Positions 57,400 through 64,000 of a stretch of 64,000 nt of DNA are shown here, one piece after another. How positions within the stretch are numbered: position 1 is the first letter of the stretch; each line of letters opens with the position of its first letter. The stretch comes from an uncultured Methanosarcinales archaeon. Lineage in GTDB: Archaea; Nanobdellota; Nanobdellia; Woesearchaeales; GW2011-AR9. Under the pieces are notes generated by a model. It searched no databases, was not told the DNA's origin, and saw only the letters and a list, made by a program, of their open reading frames with translations. Location of the stretch: the NCBI GenBank assembly GCA_964510085.1, contig CAZEAB010000002.1, forward strand, positions 35,567 through 99,566, read 5' to 3'. Position numbers and translations under genes: made by a program.

Positions 57400-58735
57400 C
57401 TTTTACAACACTTGGAGAGTCCGACATTAAATCTCGTGCTTCCTGATTCTTTGGAAATGCAATAACTTCTCTAATACTATCCCCACCAGCCATAATCATA
57501 GCCCATCTATCAAGACCAAACGCAATACCTCCGTGAGGTGGTGCAAACTGAAGAGCCTTTAACAGAGAACCAAATTTCTCCTCAGCTTCTCTTTCACCAA
57601 GACCAAGAGCATCAAACACTTGCTTCTGAATATCTGCATCATGAATTCGAATACTTCCCCCACCAATCTCATGACCATTTAATACCAAATCATATGCTCG
57701 ACTTTTTACTTTTGCTTTATCATTATGGATATATTTCATATCCTCTAAAAAAGGACTTGTAAAAGGATGATGAACACTTACAAATCTATTATCAGTTTCA
57801 CTAAATTCAAACATAGGGAAATCTGTAACCCATGTAAACGCATATTCTTTATCTTGCTCTTTACGCAAATCTGGATTATCCATCCCATACTTCTTCATAC
57901 TCTCATCATACGTAATTCGTGGAAAAGGAATTTGTACATCAACATCAAGAACTTCCTTAAACACATACTTAACCATTAGTTCCATTAAAGCATACATATC
58001 TTCTTCATCAATAAACGACATTTCTAAATCTAGTTGAGTAAATTCTGGTTGTCTGTCTGCACGTAAATCTTCATCTCGGAAACAACGTGCTATTTGGAAA
58101 TATCTGTCAAAACCAGATACCATTAACAACTGTTTAAACGTTTGTGGACTTTGTGGTAACGCAAAGAACTTTCCAGGAAAAGTTCTACTTGGAACAAGGT
58201 AGTCTCGTGCTCCTTCTGGAGTAGATTTTGCAAGAATTGGCGTTTCAACTTCCATAAAATCTTCCTTATCAAAAAAATCTCGAATAGCTTTAATCATTTT
58301 ATGTCGAATCATAAGATTCTTCTGCATTTTCTCTCTTCGTAAATCTAAATAACGATACTTCATTCTTGTAGATTCAGAAGATTCAATATGTTCATCTAAA
58401 TCGATAGGCAATTCAGGAACTTCTTTCAACATAGTGATTTTCTTCGCACTTAATTCAATCTCTCCAGTACCAGCGTCTTTAATTTGATTCTCAGGACGAG
58501 TTTTAACCTCTCCCTCAACTTGGATAACATCTTCCTTATTCACATTTCGAAAATCGTGAGCTAAATCCTTATTCAGAAATACTTGAGTCTTTCCATATCT
58601 ATCCCTGATATCAATAAACCCAATCTTACTGCTAATTCTCGCAGAGTCAACCCATCCAACAAGTGTAACTGTGTCACCTGCATCTTTCTTAGATAATCCA
58701 CCGCATGTATGCGTTCGAAATGCTGTTTTTGTCAT
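57356..58735 (-). CDS. aspS: Aspartyl-tRNA synthetase, bacterial-type but lacking the GAD insertion domain (likely non-discriminating)
   Basis: It has bacterial AspRS motif 2 (FQIARCFRDEDLRADRQPEFTQLD) and motif 3 (GGIAFGLDR). It is only 459 aa. The region equivalent to the E. coli GAD domain is replaced by a short linker. It heads the gatCAB operon. Confidence 0.85.
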   Translation of the reverse strand: MTKTAFRTHTCGGLSKKDAGDTVTLVGWVDSARISSKIGFIDIRDRYGKTQVFLNKDLAHDFRNVNKEDVIQVEGEVKTRPENQIKDAGTGEIELSAKKITMLKEVPELPIDLDEHIESSESTRMKYRYLDLRREKMQKNLMIRHKMIKAIRDFFDKEDFMEVETPILAKSTPEGARDYLVPSRTFPGKFFALPQSPQTFKQLLMVSGFDRYFQIARCFRDEDLRADRQPEFTQLDLEMSFIDEEDMYALMELMVKYVFKEVLDVDVQIPFPRITYDESMKKYGMDNPDLRKEQDKEYAFTWVTDFPMFEFSETDNRFVSVHHPFTSPFLEDMKYIHNDKAKVKSRAYDLVLNGHEIGGGSIRIHDADIQKQVFDALGLGEREAEEKFGSLLKALQFAPPHGGIAFGLDRWAMIMAGGDSIREVIAFPKNQEARDLMSDSPSVVKDDQLHELGVFIYED

Positions 58736-58758
58736 TTTATATCTCTTAATGTAAAAAG

Positions 58759-58896
58759 CGGCTCTGACCAGACTTTCGAAAAAGTGAACTTTTTCTAAAT
58801 CATCAAGTACACTTGATACTCGAACTGGTGACCTCGAGGTCGCTGTTGGTTTCCACCACTAACAGCCCCGCGCTCTACCTACTAAGCTACAGAGCC
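58759..58896 (-). tRNA. tRNA-Asn (anticodon GTT) with two putative introns (37/38, ~19 nt; T-loop 59/60, ~46 nt)
   Basis: Hand-folded. The acceptor stem is GGCTCTG/CAGAGCC. The D-arm is GCTT-AGTAGGTA-GAGC. The anticodon arm is CGGGG-CTGTTA[19 nt]A-CCTCG. The T-arm is ACCAG-TTCGAG[46 nt]T-CTGGT. Confidence 0.55.
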
Positions 58897-58976
58897 GCAA
58901 TAGAAGAGCAGAAGATTTAATCATTATAAAGGTTTCCTCAAATTTAGGCGTATCTCGAAATCTTTTCGGACGGAAC

Positions 58977-59237
58977 TTATAGGTGTCTTTTGTAAATATT
59001 TCTTCTATGACTAATAATTCTTACAGCAATTACTTTTTCTTCTTCAATAATATCAACAATTGCTCTGTAATCCCCAGAACGAATTTTATATCCTGGATCT
59101 CCTGAAAGGCTCTCAAGAAAATGTTTTGGATTAGCTTTAGTAGAGTCGACTTTCTTAACAATCCGCGTAGCAATATCTTTAGGTAGTTTACGTAACTCTT
59201 GTAAAGCTTTAGAACGCCACTTAATAACGTAACTCAT
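58977..59237 (-). CDS. RelE/ParE-family type II toxin
   Basis: 86 aa, basic, with RelE-like conserved C-terminal Arg/Tyr (…IISHRRNIYKRHL). It is overlapped by 1 nt by the upstream small ORF. Confidence 0.65.
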   Translation of the reverse strand: MSYVIKWRSKALQELRKLPKDIATRIVKKVDSTKANPKHFLESLSGDPGYKIRSGDYRAIVDIIEEEKVIAVRIISHRRNIYKRHL

Positions 59238-59428
59238 TATGCAAACTCTTTAAGAACTTCTTCATGATCAACATAGTCAGATAATGGTTCTTTTCTAGCA
59301 CTTTCTAAGGCTTTCTTTGCACTTTCGCTTAATTCAAAATCTTCTGTAAGAATATGTGTTATTTTGTTCAATTGAATTTTAACTTCATTAATATCTTTTT
59401 CAAGTTTTTTAAGTGTTACAGTTTCCAT
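59237..59428 (-). CDS. Type II antitoxin (partner of the RelE/ParE toxin)
   Basis: 63 aa acidic helical protein immediately upstream of the toxin and translationally coupled to it. Confidence 0.5.
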   Translation of the reverse strand: METVTLKKLEKDINEVKIQLNKITHILTEDFELSESAKKALESARKEPLSDYVDHEEVLKEFA

Positions 59429-59506
59429 AATTTACAAATATTATACAGAATATATAAATTTATCCAACAAAACCCTTAAAAACAACCTTTCAAAACAATG
59501 AACCAA

Positions 59507-59631
59507 GGACCTGTGGCCCAGTGGATAAGGCGATTCCCTCCTAATACTCAAGTAGAGAGGAATAGATCGGGGGTTCGAAACAGCAGACTGCATTCTCTAT
59601 GCTGTATGCTGCGCAATTCCTCCCAGGTCCG
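59507..59631 (+). tRNA. tRNA-Arg (anticodon CCT) with two putative introns (37/38, ~14 nt; T-loop 59/60, ~38 nt)
   Basis: Hand-folded. The acceptor stem is GGACCTG/CAGGTCC. The anticodon arm is ATTCC-CTCCTA[14 nt]A-GGAAT. The T-arm is GGGGG-TTCGAA[38 nt]T-CCTCC. Confidence 0.55.
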
Positions 59632-59674
59632 TATTTTTCAAAACACATAAATACTTCTTCATTATTCTAATTAT

Positions 59675-60142
59675 ATGCTAAACATAAACGATCTCGCCCC
59701 AGATTTTTCAGTTCCAGACCAAGATGATCATTTAGTAACATTAAAAAATTTTAAGGGCAAATGGTTAGTGATATACTTCTATCCAAAAGATAACACTCCT
59801 GGATGTACAATTGAGGCGATAGATTTCACCACTTTAAAACCAATGTTTGGAGAACTAAATGCATATGTTCTTGGAGTAAGTAAAGATTCAAAGAAATCAC
59901 ATTGTACTTTCATAGAAAAGCATGATCTTAATATCACCCTTCTTGCAGATATAGAAAAAAAGATGATTCAGGATTATGGTGTATGGGCACCAAAAAAATT
60001 TATGGGTCGTGAATTTATGGGAATAGTAAGAAGTACATTCTTAATCAATCCTGAGGGAAAAATCGCTTTTATATGGTCAAAGGTTAAAGCAAAAGACCAT
60101 GCAGCAGAAGTACTAAAAAAATTAAAAGAATTACAAGAGTAA
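59675..60142 (+). CDS. bcp: Peroxiredoxin, Bcp/PrxQ type
   Basis: It has an AhpC/TSA fold with the peroxidatic Cys in FYPKDNTPGCTIEA. Confidence 0.85.
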   Translation: MLNINDLAPDFSVPDQDDHLVTLKNFKGKWLVIYFYPKDNTPGCTIEAIDFTTLKPMFGELNAYVLGVSKDSKKSHCTFIEKHDLNITLLADIEKKMIQDYGVWAPKKFMGREFMGIVRSTFLINPEGKIAFIWSKVKAKDHAAEVLKKLKELQE

Positions 60143-60146
60143 ATTA

Positions 60147-60800
60147 TTAACAACTTAAACTATGCTCACCATTACTAACACAATGAACATTTGTATCACT
60201 TACAGTATAAGAATTAATAGAATTATCATACACTTTCTCAACACAACATAACTTCTTCGCAACATTTGCAATTATTGGATCATATTTATCCTCAATCTCA
60301 GCTAATTCATCTTTTAAATCCTGAATTTCATCTTCCCTATCTTCAATTTCTTTTTGACTAGCCTTTAAAGTATCTGAAGAAACACTCGTTTCCTTATCTT
60401 CTTCTAAATTACGAATTTCTTCTAACAAAGCAGTTTTTTGGGTAGTACATGCAATTAAATCGTCCGAAGTTCCTCGAATAGAAACCATTAACTCAGAATT
60501 CCTTTCTGTACATGCAGCCATTTCTGAAGAAACATTAACATTTAAACCTAAAGAATCTAATTTCTTCTCAACAGAATCGGCAATAGTGGTTGCAGTTGCT
60601 TCAGTATCTAATGTGGCTGCACCAGTAATAGAAGAACCAATCATAAGTAAGAGACCAACAACAGCAATTACAACAACTCCCCCAATAAGAACTCTTTTGA
60701 CTTCTGGCTTTAAAGTAACCTTCTTAGGAGCTTCTTTTGGCTCTTCCTCAACAACAGGAATCTCTTCGTGCTTCACTTCCTCTTTTTTTACATCTTTCAT
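60147..60800 (-). CDS. Membrane-anchored coiled-coil protein, hypothetical
   Basis: 217 aa with an N-terminal charged region, one TM helix and a coiled-coil ectodomain carrying several Cys. Confidence 0.35.
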   Translation of the reverse strand: MKDVKKEEVKHEEIPVVEEEPKEAPKKVTLKPEVKRVLIGGVVVIAVVGLLLMIGSSITGAATLDTEATATTIADSVEKKLDSLGLNVNVSSEMAACTERNSELMVSIRGTSDDLIACTTQKTALLEEIRNLEEDKETSVSSDTLKASQKEIEDREDEIQDLKDELAEIEDKYDPIIANVAKKLCCVEKVYDNSINSYTVSDTNVHCVSNGEHSLSC

Positions 60801-60894
60801 ATCCTATGAGAAAGAGTTAACCTATATAAGTATTTCTACAGAACCATAACTCAATTTAATAAACCTTATAAAACGCTTCTCAAAAAAATATCAA

Positions 60895-61638
60895 ATGAAG
60901 CTAACTAAACAAGTAAAAACTAATATCCTTCTCGCATTCTTTATTGCTGCACTAATTATGGCAAACTTATTGGGAGCAAAAATCACAGAATTTGACCTTC
61001 CTAATACTCTTGCAACAATCATGAACTTTATATTCTTACCAATCATCTACCCATTAAAATTATTTTTACAAAGCGTGGGAGGAAGAGAAATCTCTCTTCA
61101 ATTCTTTAATACTATTAGAGTTTCAGTAGGAATATTAACAGTTCCACTTATGTTCCTTATTACAGACATTATAGAAGAAGTTCATGGGAAAAAGAAAGCG
61201 TATGAATTTATCATAATTGGGGTATTAACACTCTTATTAGTATTAGTTATAACCTCTATCTCTGTTGCACTACCTGCTGGTGCAAGGTCTATTGACGACG
61301 CAACCTATGCAAGTATTTTTGGAGTCGCAATCCGTATAACAATCGCAAGCATCATCGCCTTTGTAATTGCACAAGTACATGACATGTGGTCATTTGCATT
61401 TTGGAGAAAGAAAACAGAAGGAAGATTCTTATGGTTACGGAACAACTTTTCAACCATAGTAAGCCAACTAATTGATAGCACAGTATTCATGTTCATCGCA
61501 TTCTATAAAACAACGCCAATGTGGGATGCAGTATTTGTAATATCACTAATAATCCCGTATTGGATATTCAAGATACTCTTTGCCGTACTTGATACACCGC
61601 TAGCATATCTTGGAGTCTGGTGGATGAAGAAGGAGTAG
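60895..61638 (+). CDS. Queuosine/archaeosine-precursor transporter family (YhhQ / VUT, PF02592-like)
   Basis: 247 aa with about 6 TM helices. The N-terminal region and overall topology resemble the YhhQ family. The assignment is moderate. Confidence 0.5.
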   Translation: MKLTKQVKTNILLAFFIAALIMANLLGAKITEFDLPNTLATIMNFIFLPIIYPLKLFLQSVGGREISLQFFNTIRVSVGILTVPLMFLITDIIEEVHGKKKAYEFIIIGVLTLLLVLVITSISVALPAGARSIDDATYASIFGVAIRITIASIIAFVIAQVHDMWSFAFWRKKTEGRFLWLRNNFSTIVSQLIDSTVFMFIAFYKTTPMWDAVFVISLIIPYWIFKILFAVLDTPLAYLGVWWMKKE

Positions 61639-61757
61639 GTTTCTCCCCAATAACCTTATATAAAACAGTATAAATCTCTATCCATCTCAAGATCCAATGA
61701 CGATTCCCAGAGTAATTCCACTATGGAATGATCTAAGTAGGCTGAGGATGAGAATAC

Positions 61758-62144
61758 TTAATACGTTTCAACTTTTATTCCTTTAATTTTGTTAAAATGC
61801 TTCTTGTTTCTGGTAATAATTGTCTTAACTCCTTTACTTAACGCAATACCTGCAATAAGACAATCACAATCATCAATTGTTTCTCCTTTTCTCATTAATG
61901 TACCAGATATTTCGGCAGCCCTAACGATTCCTAAATCATCTAAAGGTAACACTCGTATGTTTGAAAAAAGAAATTCAGTCTTAAGAAACTTTTCTGGAGC
62001 AACATTTTTATGAAATAAACCCACCAAAATTTCAAACATGTTAATTTGGGTAGTCAATAAATCTTCATCCGAGTCTAATATCTTCTGAACTTCTTTTTTA
62101 CCTCGCAATACATCAACTAAAAAAGTTGTATCAAGTAGTTTCAT
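61758..62144 (-). CDS. vapC: PIN-domain ribonuclease VapC (type II toxin)
   Basis: It has the PIN acidic residues (MKLLDTTFLVD…E…D.CD). The start is the Met at 62144. The ORF track extends to 62168. Confidence 0.75.
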   Translation of the reverse strand: MKLLDTTFLVDVLRGKKEVQKILDSDEDLLTTQINMFEILVGLFHKNVAPEKFLKTEFLFSNIRVLPLDDLGIVRAAEISGTLMRKGETIDDCDCLIAGIALSKGVKTIITRNKKHFNKIKGIKVETY

Positions 62145-62382
62145 TAAACAAATTCCTCCTCTCCACAAAACGTTTTTTGTTAGCTTTCCTTCTTAATTCT
62201 ATTGACTTTAAAATTGCATCTCCCTCTTCATTACTTAATATCCCAAAGAAATCACTTAAAGGACGTTTTTTCTCTGTCGAAAGAATTCTTCTAATCTCCT
62301 CGGAAAAACTTTCTCCCTTCTTCTTGTGAGAACTAAGTAACTTGTAGGCATCTTCCATAATCGTTATTGTTTTAGTTGCCAT
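62131..62382 (-). CDS. vapB: VapB-type antitoxin
   Basis: It has a small N-terminal RHH/AbrB-like segment (MATKTITIMEDAYKLL) and overlaps the vapC start. The start is the Met at 62382. The upstream MCMCTCMCM extension is an artefact of the (CA)n repeat. Confidence 0.65.
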   Translation of the reverse strand: MATKTITIMEDAYKLLSSHKKKGESFSEEIRRILSTEKKRPLSDFFGILSNEEGDAILKSIELRRKANKKRFVERRNLFNETT

Positions 62383-62411
62383 ACACATACATGTACACAT
62401 ACACATATATA
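62381..62411. repeat. Short CA/TG-rich microsatellite (atacacatacatgtacacatacacatatata)
   Basis: A simple-sequence tract lies immediately upstream of the vapB start. Confidence 0.6.
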
Positions 62412-62419
62412 AACTTTTC

Positions 62420-63253
62420 TTGACTTTTTTGTCCCACTTATTTTATATTCTAAAAAGATATCTTTACAGTATAATGTACCAAACGTCACAGTATTCGGGA
62501 TTAGAATCAATTGCGTCTAGCTACAGCCCTCAACCTTCTGTGCAACCTTTCTACTCCACATCTGCACAACAAACATATACTATAACACCTACATTCACAC
62601 CAACAATCTCTACATTCTCAACTCATTACCACCAACCAACGCCTTCATACACAATTCCACAAGCAACGTATCAACTTATAACACCACACAAAGAATACCA
62701 CTTCCAACCAGATAACTTTCTAAAACCAAGAAATAACCCCATCTTCATAAAAAAAGCAAACCAAATAAAACCATTTGTAGAAGAAACATTCCAAAAAATG
62801 TTCAATCAACCATTTCCAAACGATGTCGCAATCTCTATCTTAGATGAGAAAGAATTCAGAAAAGTAGCACCACATCCATCAACGGTTGGAGTTTCATTCA
62901 ACCGTAAAGCTCACGGTCTAATCTCAGAAATCTTTGTACTTAATGACACATTAGGAAGAATAATGTTAACACTCGGCCACGAACTGGGACACGTGTTAAC
63001 AGAAACGCTAGAAGATCCAACTTTAGAAGAAGCGAAAGCCTATTCATTCTCCTTTTACTGGATGGAAGTAATAAAGAAACATAACATCGCAAATCTTGGC
63101 AATTCATTAATTCTTGAAAATCCTGCAATGAACGGATTACATGATAAAGCATTTGAACTTGTTCTAAAAGAAAAGAAAGACAATAAAACATACTATCAAA
63201 TTTACTTTGACATTCTCAGAAACTTTAAATACACTAACTTCTTCCTACATTAA
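62420..63253 (+). CDS. Putative HEXXH zinc metallopeptidase with an S/T/P/Q/Y-rich N-terminal low-complexity region
   Basis: It has an HELGH motif (LTLGHELGHVLTE) with a downstream Glu (EEAKAYSFS). The likely start is the internal Met at 62474 (MYQTSQ). Confidence 0.45.
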   Translation: MTFLSHLFYILKRYLYSIMYQTSQYSGLESIASSYSPQPSVQPFYSTSAQQTYTITPTFTPTISTFSTHYHQPTPSYTIPQATYQLITPHKEYHFQPDNFLKPRNNPIFIKKANQIKPFVEETFQKMFNQPFPNDVAISILDEKEFRKVAPHPSTVGVSFNRKAHGLISEIFVLNDTLGRIMLTLGHELGHVLTETLEDPTLEEAKAYSFSFYWMEVIKKHNIANLGNSLILENPAMNGLHDKAFELVLKEKKDNKTYYQIYFDILRNFKYTNFFLH

Positions 63254-63255
63254 TC

Positions 63256-64000
63256 ATGAAAAAGTGGTTGATACTGATTATCGTACTTATTAGTGTAATT
63301 TCCATAGCAGAAGATGTTAATTATGGAGACTTACAAACAGAAGAAGAAAAAAAACAATACCTTCAACAAAATTATGGGATTAAAATTTTGTCAAATACAG
63401 ATAATGTTATTGTACAAGGAGATACAGTTGTAATTTCAAACACCATTTTTAATTATCGAGGAGCTTCATTCTTTGGAGGGAAAGTAATTCTAAACAAAGG
63501 CGGTCAACTAATCCAAGCAGAAAGTGTGCAAGCTTCTTCTCCATTTTTACATAAAGGAGTTCTGATGGCAGGAACGTTCTCACTTCTTGGAGGACAGCTA
63601 ATTATGGAAAAAGGAAGAATGGCATTAGGAAGTGAATCAAATCCAGATTTTCAGCTAGTAGCAATGAAAGGTACAAGAATCAGCGTTGATGGTGGTGAAG
63701 GATTTACTGGTTTTATAGACGCAGCAAATGGCCCATTTAAAATAGGAACAAATGAAAATAATGTTGCCGTATCAAAGAAAGTAAAAGTTGTTAATGGAAA
63801 AATACAGGCAGCAGAAGAAATTGAAGCTGTTGCACATACAGAAGGTTTATTTTCAGATATAGATAAAAAAGTCTCTTTTGGAAAAGGAAACCTAAACAAA
63901 AACAAAATCACAGCAAAAGACGTATGTGTTAACTTTGAATGTTTCTCTTCTACAAAAGATGTTACAGTAACAATTACAAAAGATGTTCCAACTTCATTAA
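63256..64000 (+). CDS. Secreted hypothetical protein, 5' partial (runs off the window end)
   Basis: The frame is open from the ATG at 63256 to the window end, with no stop. A signal peptide (MKKWLILIIVLISVISIA) is present. It is not in the ORF track because no stop lies within the window. Confidence 0.5.
   Translation, partial: MKKWLILIIVLISVISIAEDVNYGDLQTEEEKKQYLQQNYGIKILSNTDNVIVQGDTVVISNTIFNYRGASFFGGKVILNKGGQLIQAESVQASSPFLHKGVLMAGTFSLLGGQLIMEKGRMALGSESNPDFQLVAMKGTRISVDGGEGFTGFIDAANGPFKIGTNENNVAVSKKVKVVNGKIQAAEEIEAVAHTEGLFSDIDKKVSFGKGNLNKNKITAKDVCVNFECFSSTKDVTVTITKDVPTSL

Overview
This is an AT-rich (roughly one-third GC) archaeal chromosomal segment. The mix of genes suggests a small-genome, DPANN-like archaeon.

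Archaeal core genes present:
- a uL1–uL10(P0)–P1 ribosomal cluster, eS17, eL37, Alba and an Sm protein
- aIF2-gamma, SRP54, class I LysRS and split Dph2
- CarS, TruD/Pus7 and Dus

Bacterial-type genes sit among them: MetK, a GAD-less AspRS in an aspS-gatCAB operon next to an AsnRS, a TAT-secreted M23 peptidase, and CcdA/TlpA.

Other coding content:
- two tandem class II (adenosylcobalamin) ribonucleotide reductases followed by a PduO-type cobalamin adenosyltransferase
- PRPP synthetase, a UbiB/ABC1 kinase, a Kv-type K+ channel, and an amino-acid permease fused to a methyltransferase domain
- a RimK-like ATP-grasp ligase with its retropepsin-like partner, a class II Fic protein, a DNA methyltransferase with a possible restriction partner, and RelE-type and VapBC toxin-antitoxin pairs
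- many small hypothetical, lysine-tailed or glycine-zipper proteins

The most striking signal is in the RNA genes. Six tRNA genes found by eye (Ile-UAU, Glu-UUC, Leu-UAG, Arg-UCG?, Asn-GUU, Arg-CCU) all appear interrupted by introns. Most introns are non-canonical: the T-loop 59/60 site is used in four genes, plus D-arm and anticodon-stem sites, and up to three introns per gene. Several tRNA loci are flanked by short duplicated copies of the tRNA ends.

Promoters look archaeal, with a recurring 'ccttataaata' TATA-like box. No rRNA or CRISPR array is present.
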